From Candidatus Omnitrophota bacterium (lineage in GTDB: Bacteria; Omnitrophota; Gorgyraeia; 2-01-FULL-45-10), in assembly GCA_026387175.1 (NCBI GenBank), contig JAPLME010000010.1, forward strand, positions 62,096 through 126,095: a DNA stretch of 64,000 nucleotides, read 5' to 3'. Both the position numbers and the translations under genes were made by a program. Positions 12,001-27,000 of the stretch are shown here, in pieces; position 1 is the stretch's first letter; every line of letters begins with the position of its first letter. The notes under the pieces were generated by a model. The model was not told the DNA's origin. It made no database searches and saw nothing but the letters and a program-made list of their open reading frames with translations.

Positions 12001-15000
12001 AATGTCAATAATGACGACGTGATCAGTAAAGCCGACTGGGATGTTTTTGGCACCCTTATCGGCAAGTACAATAAGACCACGGACGGCCAGATCACTGCGG
12101 AAGACGCAACGGCTACTCTTATTTCTGTGGGAAGCGACGGCAAGAGTTTTGCGCTGCCCTCGAGTTACATGACGACATATTCACTGAAAGGGAAAACCTA
12201 TAAAGTCTTCAGCACTATAGGCGGCACATCGACAGAGATAAAATCAGGTTATACGCTTGACAGCACAGGCAGGATCATAACATTTGCTACAGCGCCTGGC
12301 GCAGGAACAACCATCACGATAGATTTCGATGATAAAGCGACTATCACTACCCTTCTTAGCAATTATGGAGCGGTAATTAAACCGAGTGATATAACCACAT
12401 ACCAGGACGCGATAAAGGTGGCGCTGCAAAATAGAGGATCTTTGGCGAGCGGTCAGACCGGATATCTGCTCGCTTACGATAGAAATAATGACGGCGTGAT
12501 CGATAAGTACGATATCAGCGCGAATGACAAGATCATTGATCAGCTTCTCACGTGGAATGGCGGCGCTGTTACAAACGATAAATTTGTTACCTGGGGACCG
12601 GTTACATCATCATCCGGCGTCTTCTCACAGCTTCATTGTAAAGGGTATGATATCGGCGCTGACGGCGTCATATTTATTGATCCAAAGAATTCATTGGACC
12701 CATCGGATCCATCTAGATATTACAGCATACCTGGCACTGACTATGAATTTACCTATGCCGATGATATCGCCTGGGCAAAGATCACTCAGGCCCATTTCGG
12801 AGACGCGACCCAGGCCGATAGGATCGAGAAATATATATATCTGAGTGAAATACCCGACTCATTTATCAGGAATAATCCCGCGTTTGTCAATCTGACCGAT
12901 ATAAACCAGCTTAATGTTTACCAGTACGGGACAAGCACCACAAAGATCATCACCCAGAAGGACATAGATCTTCTGAAGAAGGACTCATCAAAGAAGGCGT
13001 GGGGTGAAGCGCTTGAGAATTATTTAAACGGAGATACGAAAATAGGGGTTGGCAAGGATGGGAATTGTGTATTTGAATTCGATAAATCTTTGCTTGGATA
13101 CGCTCCTGATGGGAATAATCCTTATGAGATATACGTAAACGATACCAAAGTCACAAATTATACCGCAACCGTAGGCACCAGCACTGTAACCATAACCTTC
13201 ACCGCCGCACCGGCAAGCGATGCGGCAGTGAAGGTGAGGGTGCCCGGTACGGGACGCTTCCATCTGGGGATCATCCTGGAGGACGACGCCCAGTCGATGC
13301 GGTTCCTGGGCAAGGATTACATTACGTTGGGGTATCCGACACCATCGACCGGTTTCGGTCTAAATGAAATTGATAAATCGAGCGCCTGCACGATCGAAAC
13401 GTGGGTCGAATTCACGAATCTTAATACGGCCGGCGATCAGGTCATATTGAGCCAGGCAGATAACGGGAGTGGCCGTGCCATATGGCTAGGGTACAACAAT
13501 AATATAACTACGCCGTCATCCAGCAAGCTGAAGTTCTCTTTCCATGGTGTAACCGCTGAGCTTGATATGAAATTTATCCAGGGCGATTGGCATCATATTG
13601 CCGCGCAATATAACCCGAATGTCAATAGGGCCAGCGGCGAGGCCGGCGTGATCACGTTCTTTATAGATGGTGAGGTCTATGCGCCAAGCCGCTACCAAGT
13701 TGGCTCCCTGGTCCAATATGGAGGTTATCTCAATAAGAATATAATAGTGGGCGCCGATATCGTAGGCGGAGTGGCGACGAACGGATTTAAAGGGTCTATA
13801 GATGAGCTCGCCGTATACTCTTCAGGAGCGCTCACTGCCGCGGACATAAAGAGCCATATGGATAATAAGCGCAAGACGGATCCTTCAACAGGTATTGTCT
13901 CAGTTACGGATACGAGTATGCTGGCATACTATTCTTTCGATGACGGCTCTGTTCGTGACCAGACAGGGCATAGGAATGACGGGTCAATCGCCGTAGGTTC
14001 GACCACGGCCGGCGGGTTTGAGACAGATGTCTTCTGCACGCTGAACCAGAAGAAAGACAGGCTCCTGTTCGACAAAGATGGTGACGGTATTATAGCTATC
14101 TATAAGACATACGCCGGACCGACCGATACGGTCGGCACGTTCCTCGGCGCCCTCGATCTTGTCCCATCGTATGCGAAACTCATCGCTCCGAACTCCGGCG
14201 CTACTTTCATGGTGAGCCAAAAGATGCGGGATATCAATGGCAGATTAATCGACAATGTTCGCTGGGGTTCGGTCGCGCATTTAGACCTTAATGCGGATGG
14301 CTGCGTCTCTATCGATGATACAAAATTCAGAGGCGTTATGGAGAGCTCTGTAGCCAACTATGTCACGTTCACTTATCCCAGCGGCTCAGATATTTTCAGC
14401 GAGCTTTATAAGCATTATGACGCGAATGGCGACGGAATTCTGAGCGCTGTAGATGATGAAGCGGCTTTCTGGTCGAAGGCAAACCTTAACGATGTTAATT
14501 GGGGCGATCCGGAGTACCGCTGGCAAAGCGAGGATGTCGTTTCCCAGGCTGATATAAATACACTGAAAACATATATCTCTACTTATGGCAAGGTGACAAA
14601 GACTGGCGGGTCCTACCGGCTCAAGTATGATATTAATAAGGATGGTATCGTGGATGGTAATGACCTGACCAAGCTCGAGGAGCTTATCTCTACTTACTTT
14701 GATTACCAGACAGATACCGGCAGACAAAATATGAAATATAACGATCTCGGCCAGCTCATCGGTTACGAGGAAACCTCTACCTCCAGCACCGATTCTATCA
14801 CAACGACCACAAAGATGAAAGAGATGAAATATGATGTAAAGGGCAGGATGCTCACTTATATTGATGAGTCACATGAGGCTCTTAGTAAGATTACAGGCAC
14901 ATATACTGATGCCAATGACGTCAAGGTAACATACACAATAGGTAATCTGGCTTCATTGGATGAGTTTAAAAATGTTGTCGATGAAAATGGTATTACAAAT

Positions 15001-18000
15001 AGAGTAGAAGACAAAGACGGCATTCTGGATGAATCTAATGCCGCCGCTATTACAGATACCAATACACAGAGCCTCCTGCGCCGCGCGCTTGCGGAGTACG
15101 GGGTTAATGGCGCGATCGCGCTTATTGACATAACCAAGACCACGAAACGCCTATCCGCCTCATTCAACAATCTGGGCCAGATCGGCGCTTATACCGATGA
15201 AAGCACAGGTACCGATATAACTGGCTCGACCAGAACAGCGATTTTCAGCGGCATCACTTACAACATTAGCGGCCAGATGGAAGGATATAATAATATCTCG
15301 CAGGAAATCGTGAAGGATGGGGACGCGATAGTATACACGACAAATTCCGAGACTGATCGCAGAGATATTAACTATAACCTGAAGGGCCAGGTCAAGGGTT
15401 ATACAGACTACTCATATTCCAAAGATGAGACCTATATACCCAATCTTATAACCGTGAATACTATGTCCGATATCCTCTACGATTCACACGGCATGGTCCT
15501 GAGCTCCAAATCGCTGACTAATGAAGCCTCGACCATGGAATGGATCGACCCGACCGGTAGCAATTGGATTACAACGGGTGCGGATGACCTTAAGATCGAA
15601 AAGTGGTATCTCTCTGCGGACGTTAAAGCCTCATCCGCGTTCACCATTGCTGCTACCGTCACCGATAATAATGGTATCGAATATAAGATCTGTCTGGTGA
15701 GCGGCTACAACGTCGGGGATCCGAAGAAGATATATGATTATAACTCCACCGAAAAAACTATTACATACTACCTTGGCGATGTTGCGAATGGAGAATGGCA
15801 TAACATTAACGTAAAAGAGAGCGATTCACTTAGTTCCGGCCTTAAGTGGCTTATGAAGCAAACGGTCAATGTCGATTTCGGCCATCTGAAGAATATCAAG
15901 ATAAAAGGGTCCGATGTGACGATAAGGAACCTCAGCCTTGCCGAGAATCAAGAGCTTGCCAATATAGAGACGGTTTCGCTCGCTACTTCAGAGTGGATAG
16001 CGCCCGATAACACCACGAAGGCCAATTTAAAGGATACGGTACCTGCCGACAAACCGGCGCTTATTGGCTCAGGATCCGGTACACTTTCGAAGACCACATC
16101 TATCGAAAAGTCCGATGTAAAATATGATCCATTAAACGGTAATACCCTGTCGTATTCCGAAGAGTCGCGCTCCAGCGCAAGTCCCGATCTCAAGACTGTA
16201 AAGACCCTCGCGAACATGGCCTACAACGGCCTCGGCCAGGCGCTCGGATATGATGAGTCGAATCAGGATATAGAGAATGCCCTTGTAATCACGAGCCCCG
16301 CAGGTTACAGCGCCTCGATCAGGAGTATCGAGCCCGGCACCGATTGGGGCTATGGGCCGCGCATAGAGGGTAAGTCATTCCTGAGCTTTGATGTAAAAGC
16401 GACTAACGATTTTAGTTTTTCAGCCTGGGTACATGTCAATAACGGTGTCAATGATTTCACAAGCTGGTATTTTGTCACCTTTAAATCAGGCGATGGCGCC
16501 AATGAGTCCGGGGGCGGCGCCGACCGGAATGTCCTTATCTACCTCGGCTCGAACGCGACCGATGGCGGATGGCAGAGTTACACTTTCGACTTGAAGGATA
16601 TCTGCTCCAGATATATATCGTTATCACCGAAATATTTGAGCGTGGGAGAATTCCATATTACAGCTTCGAATGTTTCGATGAAGAATCTTAAGGTCTCGCA
16701 ATACGAAGATGGGAAGGACCCTACGACAGTTTCACTCGATCCGAAGCTCTGGACAAAGCCGGGCGCAATCTCGTTAGATAACGGCCCCGCGGCGGATACT
16801 AACATCTACCAGGTTCAAAAAGTGCTGACCGCGGTAAGCGAACTTTGTTTCCAGATAAAGCCGGGAGCCGGCGATTATGGCGTGAAAGCCCGTCTTGGAG
16901 TCAAAGATAGCGAAGGCGTAGAGAGTATTTATCTTATAGACTTCGTATCGGATCTCAATAGCGTAAAAGGAACTCTCACTCTTGTGCCCAATGCGGAGAG
17001 CGATAGTGATGTTAAATATACCCTTAGATATAATATGGGGGATCTTACCAATGAGCCGCAGGAAAGCGGTTACTACACTATCAGCGTTGATTTGCAGAAT
17101 ATTCTCAATAACGCCGCCGCGCTGACAGACAGTAGCGTCCAGCTCTTGTCCTTAAATTCCGTTGTATCGCATGGGGACGTTGATTTTATTAATAAGACAT
17201 ACACTTCCGATGAGCTTACAAAGCCTTCCGGCGATGAGGGCGATGCCTCCATGTTTACCAATCCTGCCGCTATTGACCCCGATGCTCAGGGCAGTTGGAT
17301 CAATAGGTACCTGTATTGGTCCGGCAACAGTACTTGGCCGAGCGGCTATGGCGATGAGATGTGGCATAAGCAGTGGCTAAAGGTTTCGTATATACCTAAA
17401 GCCTCTGCGGCAATGACGCTCTATGTAAAAGTTGTCGATAAAGCCGGTAATTCCTATAACCTTACCTATAATAAGCTCGAGACGGCTTCCGGAACGCCGG
17501 AGGTAACGAAGATGTGGAATCTCGCCGAAGACCTGGCGAAGCAATATAAGAACGCCGCGGCGTTCGACCACGTCAAGTATATCTCCCTCGAATGCGCCGA
17601 CGGGACCTTCACCAGCATAAAACTATCGGACAGTTTCAAGGAATGGGATGATCCCACGCGTATTATCGACATTCCTACTCAGAAGGAAGCATGGGTTCTG
17701 AATCCGTTCAGGGACGATACCCAGGATTACACCATAACCACAGACACAACCACAAACAGAACATACTATAAGGTCCGCTCGGCCGCCTTGAGCGATACAG
17801 AACTTTTTATGAACCTCAGAGACGCTGCTGATACATCGGATATCTATAATGATATCCTTAAGAGCAAGAACAAGCTGACATTCTATCTCAGAAATCTTGA
17901 AAGCGGCAAAGATTATATATTTGCGGATGGCGAACCGTTCATTTGCTCGCTCAATGTGCAGGATAAGGACGGCGTTAACCATTCGATCGTAGTCAATTCG

Positions 18001-21000
18001 TCCGAGCTTAAGCCAGGCTCAAAGCCGTGGCTTGCAGTCGATACCTCCGTTGCCGGTGCGACAAAGGTCACTATAGATCTTAAAGCCGCTTCCATTGCCG
18101 ATGGTATGGATCCTGAAAAATTCGATGGGTTGAGGCAGATCTCTCTAAGAGGCGGATACTATGATATTAGCAACATCGGGCTTTGGGAGAATGACGAGAC
18201 AGCGAATACCTCAGTTTTGCCCAGTCTATTAAACCGCCAGGACTGGTCAGTCTCCTTCATTATGCCCCGTGGCACAAATATAAGTTCGAATGCCGAGCTT
18301 GCCTTTAATTCCGGCTCCCGCTTAAAAGGTGAGGCCATTCGCCTTGTCGATGGCATTAGTACTGACTCGGGCGACCTCGGGCTGACTGATAGAAATCATA
18401 TAACCTTCAAACTTAAATCGATCGGCGCGACCACGCTCGGGTCGGACGGAAGGCCATATGCCCTTGATGAGAACTTTGCTATGAATGTCAAGGTTATGGG
18501 CACCGATGGCAAGACCTATGACATTAAGATCTCTCTCTTGGATAGAGAGAAGAAGCTGGATTGGACGATCATCGATCGTGATCTGGCAAAGCTCTTTAAT
18601 GATAACCTGCCAACCGATCCGTTAACCGGGCTGAAGGATGATGTGATGATAGACCATATCATGAACTTCTCGGTCGAAGGAGTTCAGTTCAGTATAAAGG
18701 ACATACGGTTTACCTCGAACGCGCAGACGGTAGTCGCCTTTGACGCGACGCGCAATCCCCAAACAATGTTTAAGGATGATGTGGGTGTATTAAGGAAGGA
18801 CAATGTAAAGGTAAAGGTTGAGTCTGTAGACCAGGACGGACACATTATCAAAGACCAGAACGGGAGAGCTATTCTGAAGCCGGAGACCTACACGGTCACA
18901 TTCCGAACCGGCGGTGTGCGCGGCACCGTTCTTGCGCCCGACTCGAATAAGGATATAGTCTGTTACCTTGGCACGGCTAATTCGTTATCCTCCGACCCTC
19001 AACACTATGAATTCAGCCTTGATTGGATATTGCGGAATGCTCTTGATAATAGCAAGCATCTCCCCGGTGAGCACATAGCCTTTGAAATAGTTGATCCTGA
19101 TATTAAAAATCCAGTTTCTCTTATTGGCGGCATTGACATTATAACGCTGGCACCATCATCCAACTCTGTATTCTCGCTCGTGAAGAAACCCGAGATCGAG
19201 GAAGCCTACCGTAAATACACTATTAACGACTGGGCGCAGTATGGGATACTTGCCTCTCCCTCGGGTTCGGGGCTTTTCAGCAGCGATTTTATGAACGCAC
19301 TCCAGGAGTCGAAGGTTATACAGCCTACCAAGGATTCGACCACGACCCGATCCGATATGGTTTACAATGATTTCGGCCAGGTAGTCTCTTACACGGATAC
19401 CAGCTTAAGCGCCGACTCCCCCGATCTTGAGAGCGTCTTGACCGTTACGGATGTAACCTATGACGAACATAACCAGATGATAAACCTCGTCCAAAATACG
19501 GAGGATTATTCAAAGAACATCAGGCAGTCGGTTATCGCCAAGGACAACGGGACGAACGTCCTTCACCTGAAGGCATCGTCCCAGTATGACTATACTACGA
19601 CCTTCTACGCTGAAGATACGAACGATATCCTTACCAATGGTAAGCATATCAAGTTCGAAGTTAATCAGGATGAGTATGGAGAGCTTTCGTCATTCGAATT
19701 AGACCTAGCTTTTGGCTCGGTTCCCATCCCTTCTGAGATTTCTCTGGTGAATTCTAAACTGCATGTGGTGTATAAAATAGATAAGACAGGCACCGCCGTG
19801 GCATCGTTATCAGGTGACCACAATACCCTCTATCTGCCATTTACGATGTCACAGAAGGCTGGGACCAATACATATGTCTTCGATAGAAGTATCTACACTG
19901 ATATAAAGGACGCTTTCGACAAATGTATAAAGGGCGCAGACGGCAAATCTTACAACGACTATCGAACCGAACTTACGGCGCTTGCCGCCATTCCGAACCG
20001 GAACCCGACCCAGCAAGCTAGATATGATCTTCTGACTGCGAAAATTGGCTCCCTGGCCGGGCTTGATGATAGTAACTATAGCATTACTGCGGGATCGGTT
20101 TTCTGTAAGTTTACGGCCAATACCAAGGTTATTTCCTCCTACTCAAGTGTCGACAACGTTGTAAGTTTTAATGTGAACCAGAATAGCCTGGGGACGCTTT
20201 CGTCATTTGACCAAATCGTTAATGTTTATCTTGTACAGTCCTCTAGCCATTATGAATATGACGCATATGAAGGCTATGTATATGATTCTTCTCTCGAACT
20301 ATATATGTCTGATGGAACGCAATGGTATCGATGGTATCCCCCCGCGCCAGAAGAGGGACAACCCTACACTTATTATTCTCGTGACTACGGTTTACATACG
20401 AGGAGAGAAGTATCTGACACAACTAATGTGCCGGCGCCTGGCCTGACAACCACTGCTCCTCACGTTATTTATGAGGCGGGCCGAACCGTAAACTCAATAT
20501 CATCCGATGGTAAGACTATCTATCTACCGCTTGTATTGACGTTGAATCCAGCCACCAGTATGTATGTATTTAACAAGAATGTTATAACTGATGTACAAAA
20601 CGCGCTCAATAATCCCCTCGCGGGATATACGTGTAGCATAGCAAGCGACCCCACATTCAATTTCACATCCGCTGAAGTTCCCATAACCTATTCCGATGGC
20701 AGAAACGTCAGATTCGATTTTGATCAGGATGCCTATGGAACTCTCTCATCATTCGAGATAAATATGGCCTTTGCGCTTACGCAGGGCCAGAGGATGGATG
20801 GCCTGGGCTTGACAAGCCCTAATCTCCGCGTCGTCTATAGGAAGGGCGATACTATGGCATCACTATCCTCAGATGGTACGACCCTCTATCTGCCGCTCAG
20901 ACTGACACAAGTAGGGACGACCAATACATATACCTTCGATACCAGTGTCCACGAGGATGTAAAGGCCGCGATCAACGGGTTATGCGGCTTATATATCACA

Positions 21001-24000
21001 GAACTCGCGGCCCTTAAGGCCCTCACCCAAAGAAGCACGACTCAACAGGCACGATATGAATTGTTGACCGCAAAAGTGGCCGCTTTTACCGATCTGGGCG
21101 TTAATGGCCTCAATAAATACAGCTATAGCCTGGCAGAATCCGCCTTTGGCATTATACCGATGCCCGCTACTGTTACCGCCGCCTACTCCGGTGATAGCTT
21201 AGACTTGACCGGCAAGGAGTACATCAGGTTCGAGGTTGACCAGAGTAACCCCAAAGACCTTTCATCTTTCGAAATAGACATGAACTTTAAGCTCAGAGAG
21301 GGCCAGACGCTGGCCGGGATCGGCCTGACAAATCCGAAACTCCGCGTGATCTATGGGGCTGACGTTAAGGAAGCATCAAAGTTCCTTGACGGCGGTACCC
21401 TCTATCTGCCGCTTGATGATAACAAATTGAAACTGAAAGAAGGAACGACAAATACATATATTTTTGATACCAATGTCCATGAGGATGTGAAGGCCGCGAT
21501 CCAAAAAATATTCGAGGGATATGCGACAGAGGCCGGCAATCTTGCCAATGCTCCCAGTATGACGCTGAGGGATGAAGATAGATATAAGTGGTTGATGGCA
21601 CAAGTGATTGCCTATACCGGGCTCGACGACTATAGCTATTCACTGGCAAGTCCGGCGTTTGGCCTTAAGCCCACTCCTGTCAAGGCCTCTACCGCATCAT
21701 ATAACCTCACGCCGATCACCGGTAAGAGCGTTCACTTCGAGGTTTATAAACAGAATGGCCCGAAAGATCTTTCATCTTTTGAAGTACAGCTGAATTTCAC
21801 GAAGAAAGATAGTGAGGCGATAACGACTCTTGCAATGAATCCTCTTGGTTTGACGACTACGACACCCAAAGTCGTCTACAGGGCGGATGTCACAACGGCA
21901 TCGAAGTCCCTCGACGGCGGCACCATCTATCTGCCGCTCACTTTGACATTGAAAACGGGGACGAACGATACGTATGTGTTCGATAGGGGCAATATTGATA
22001 CTGACATAATGGCCGCGCTTGGCGTTTCGGCCACGACGCTGGGCGGATATACCTATAGCCTGACAAACCCCCAGCTTGGCTCTATAGGCTCTCCGGTTAA
22101 GGACGCTGTTGCCAAAGAGGTCTTTATCAAGGACTTCTCATTCAGGCCTACGGTTGCGTGCGATGTCGACGAATCTATTCTTACATTCGTTACAAGTGAG
22201 TGGACAGTCGATGATGTGCGTAAGAAGCTCGATATAGAAGCGAGCTCTCCTGTATACGTAGCGTCGAAGGTTCTTACCGGTGCGGACAGCGCCAGGACCG
22301 ATGGAAGGTCGTTCATGTCCATCGACATCGTTACACGCGCCAATGCAAAGTTCGGCGTTAAAGTGCAGATCGCCGCTAATGACGGCGCTGGCAACAATTA
22401 CAATGGAGATTACCTCGTCCTATACGATATATGGAACGGCCGCGCCGAAATCTGGCAATATAAGGATTATAACGATAAGAACGCGGTAAGCGGCGCTCCA
22501 ATACCCGGCCGCAAACTCGTCCTTATCGACGGCGTCAATGAGATCGGCTCGGGAGGATGCGAGGCGAACGAATGGTACCATTTCGAGAGTGACATCGACA
22601 AGCTCCTGATGAAAGCTCTTGCCGTTACCAGCATCAGTAGTTTTGAAGTGAAAGGCCTCTATACAAGCGGCCAGGTCAGCCTCGCCAACCTCGGGTTCAG
22701 TAAAGATGAGGCGACAAAGACGGACCGTCAGGAGATCGGGCTTGGAGACAAGAAATCGGGAGACCCGGATTATGACCCAGCATATATATGGCATGCCGCC
22801 GCAAAGTCCGACTATATCAATTCCGACGGAACTTTAAATACCGCCTCGGTTGTGAAAGACTTCGATATTATGGATATAACCGGTTTTGCCAATTCCGGCG
22901 CTTCCGACCCGCTGTCCGAATACTATCTCTATGCCGATAAAGATAGTATCGACTCAACATCTAACAGTATCATCGATCCATTATCTGGTAGTATGAGAAG
23001 GTATCTGTCATTCGATGCGGCCGCGACATCCGATTTCAAGATCTGCTTTGAAGGGCTCAACAAAGCTGGAAACGCAGTGAAAATATATTTCGTTAATTCC
23101 AATTCCGGCACTGACAAAAAAATCGCGACACCGTATACCGATTCCAGCGGCGCCACCGTATACGAATATAATTTAAAGTCGGAGCTCTATAGTAATAATC
23201 TTATCGAAAACTACTATACTAACGGCGCCTGGAACCGTTTCTGTTTCGATCTTGTGGGGATAATCGGAACCAGCTCCTTTACCATAAATAAAGTGAACCT
23301 CTACGGCGGCGCCTTGAAGGTTGCCAATGTGAAGCGCGGGAATGATATCGTTGCCGGCGGTAATGATATGTTTGGCCATCCGCTCCTTGACAATAGATCG
23401 GCCTCGACCGTATCGCTCTTCTCAACCATGAATGAGATCGCCTGGAAGAAATCGGATAAAGCGAGCAAGGCAACCTCTACCATGACCTACACCGGCGTAA
23501 ATCGGTCCGACGATTTTATCGCATCGAATGGCACAGTCGAAGATACAGAGCCGTATAATGTAAAGACCACGACTATGCGCGGCGGCTCGGTATATCCGGA
23601 CGGTTCGCCTGCGACCAATATAAGCTATGATGAATTCGGCCAGATCTCCGGCTATAGCGACTGGATCACCGATTCGACAACTCCTAACATAGTCACGATA
23701 AAGAAGACGGACCATATTATGTATGACGAAGCCGGAAGGATGCTTGCTTATATCGAGACGAAATCCCAGAAGCCCATTTGCAAACTCAGTGACCCCGACA
23801 AGGCGGACATAGAGAAAGCCCTCATCAATGGCGGTGTCATCGGGGTGGATGATCCGGGGTATCAGGAGGGATACGATATTAACGGTGATAAGCAGATAGA
23901 TATGAGTGATTATATCAAACTCAAGAATTCTCTCACCCAGTCGCTGCTTGATTCTTCTCCTCGTCAGGCGATCGTTGTGGCAAATAACTATGACGAATAC

Positions 24001-27000
24001 AGCAAGTATAATATTGTCGATGATTCCCTCCTTACGGATATGGACCAGAAATATCTTAAATATTACGAAGAGTTCCTTAATGCCCCGAAACAGAATTTCC
24101 TTAATATAAACAGCCTTTCGGAGGCCCAGGTGAACGCCCTGATCAATGATGTCGGAGTGGCTGAAACTATAAATCTTGCGAGAGACGGTACCGTGACGCA
24201 TGCCGATGCCGTCACGCCGGGTTCGACATATCTTATCAGCGGGTGGACAGGGGGAAATGTCACAGTTCCGGAAAGTATGATCGTTCAGTGGCGGGAAGAG
24301 TCGTGGTCGAATCCTCGATTGGGATGGCAACCCGAAGACCTGGATTATAATAAAGACGGTGTTATCAATGGCTCGGATGGTACCAGTTTTGCGGAGATTG
24401 GCACTATGGTTGCTGCCTTCCAAACCCTCTTCGGGTCCGGGGCAAAGCTAACCCCGGAGCTGAGTGCGGCATATCACGCCCTTGATACTAATGGGGATAA
24501 CAAGATCGATATTCTGGACAAAAAGCCTGCTTCGAATCCTGCTAATACCGCGTTCAATGCTTATATTGATGCCCTTTTGAAAGCGGACGGGGCGGTTTCG
24601 CAGGGAGATGCCGGGAGAAAATTCCTCTCCTATGTTAATCTAGTCACGGCGGCCAATATAACTAAGTGTCAAGACCGCATCGCCCAAGTAAACAGAGATT
24701 TAGAGGCAGCCGGGTCGATCAACAGGCTTACGCCCCTTACACCCAACGATATCCTTAGCGGGATAATGGCGAGCGGCCAGAGTTATCTCGACAATCTTGC
24801 GCTCGTCACGAAGGATAGCATAGATACATCTATGCGTACAATCTCCGCGGCCAAAACCATCGTTACGACACTTAATATGAGCGCGGATGATGTCCTTAAA
24901 AATATATTAACGGACGGCGGGAAGTTCCTCGGGAACCTCGCGCTTGCCACGCCGGCTAATATAAATAAACTCCAAGACCGCATCGGCACTGCAAACGGTG
25001 TATTAGATGCGACCAATCAAATCAAGGCTAATCTAGTTATGTCTGTGAAAGATATCTTTAATAAGATATTGACGGATGGCAAGCCGTTCCTCGATAACAT
25101 AGACCTTGTCATAGCAACTAATATAACTGCGTTTCAAGGCCTCATTACCACGATTAATAATGCATTGCCAACAGGGACAGATAAACTTACGACCCCCCGG
25201 AGCGCGAACCAGGTCTTAAACGATATACTAACCGGCGGTAAGCAGTTCATTGACAATATCAATATCACGGATGAGAGTAAGAAACTCTTTACGGCAGCCC
25301 GAATAACCGCAGCTCAAGTTTGCATTGCCAAAGCAAATGAGGGATTGGCGGCGACTGACCAGCAGCTTACGCCTCTTAAGCCGGATGATGTCCTTAACGG
25401 TATAATATCGTACGGTAAGAAGTTCATCGATAATATAGGTCTCGTCACAGCCGGCAATATAACCACGCCTCAAAACTGTATCAGGGCGGCTAATTTGACA
25501 TTAACCGCCAAGATTCAGGTCCTGACAGCGGATCAGATTTATAGCAGGATAATATCGGGCGGCCAATGGTTCCTGAGCAACATTGCGCTCGTAACGGCGG
25601 ACAATATAACAGCGGCGCAAAACACCATTACCAAAGCTAATTTAGGCCTTACACCCCCGACCGTAAGCCAGCTCTTTGACGGGATAATAGCGAGCGGTGA
25701 GCAGGGCTATGAATACGATGTCGATGGTAACGGTCAGGTCAACCTTCAGGACAAGCACACTGTCGAATATGACGATATTGTGAAGAGGATTAAAAATGGT
25801 AATGCTTCCTCAGGTGATTATGCAAGACAAGCTGTCCTTGATAGCATATTCAATGACTATATTATCGCCAAAGGCTCTGTTTCCCGCGGGGAAAAGTCTG
25901 ATGTAAGGCTGAGTGACGCTACGGTAAATTCTGCCCTGGCTGGAGACAGTAAATTCTTATATTCCCGCTCTACGGCGCCGGTATTTAAAGTCGAAGATAC
26001 CGCAAAAGATAAGAAGATCTACTTTAAGATAATCAACGGCCCCGTTATAAAAGAGACGGATCCCGCAATCACATTTAATATCTCAAAAGACGGCGCGGTA
26101 AATGACTTTATGATAGATGAAACGGATGGATGGACATACGTGAGAGAGATCTCGTCCGTAGCTGACCGGGTGCTCATCGATTATAGTAAGGGCGAGAGAG
26201 TACTTATCGACGATGTAGAACAAAAACCCGAAACATATAGAATTGATACCGATGAAACTACAGGAGCCAAGACTATTGTATTCCTGAATTCACCGGTACC
26301 CGAGGGCAAGTTGGTAACGATAAAAGAGATAAAGACCGAAGCGTCTCCATATGTAAACAGTGATACATCCGGCGTAGATCCGGTGACCAAATGCGTTTTT
26401 GACGGGCAGCTCATACCTCTATCCGGTCTTGCTAATGAATATGAGATAAAGGTGGACGGCGTGGTTCGCCCGCATTTTTCCACGACAGACCCGAAATACG
26501 AGAACTACACGGTCACATGGGACGCAAAGACCGGGTATACGACCGTTGTTTTAAAGATGATGGACAGGTCGATCACTCCGACGTATACCACTGACGGTAA
26601 TAATCCTTGGTGGTATGGGTTCCTGGGCAAGCAACTTACGCTCGGCAGAACTATAGGCAGCGCGACTATAGACTGTGCTTATGATCCTCTCAACACCTAC
26701 GTGATATATCAGGACGGCAAAGAGCTAAAGGCCTCGGACTATACCGCCTCATCCGCGCAAGGCGGGAAGACGTTGATAGTATTTACCAATTCTTTACCAG
26801 GCACCGCGATCTTAAAGGCAAAATCCCTGGAAGGTAATCCTGTCATTGTAGCAACATATGCCCGCGTTACTACACCAATTAGTCGTACTTCAACCGATAC
26901 CAATAGGACAAGATATGCTATGAATGGATTCCTCCGCTCCTACGATCCTCTCGTACCCACAGGCGAACCTGCGGGTGAGCTGAAATTGTCGAGCCTGTGG

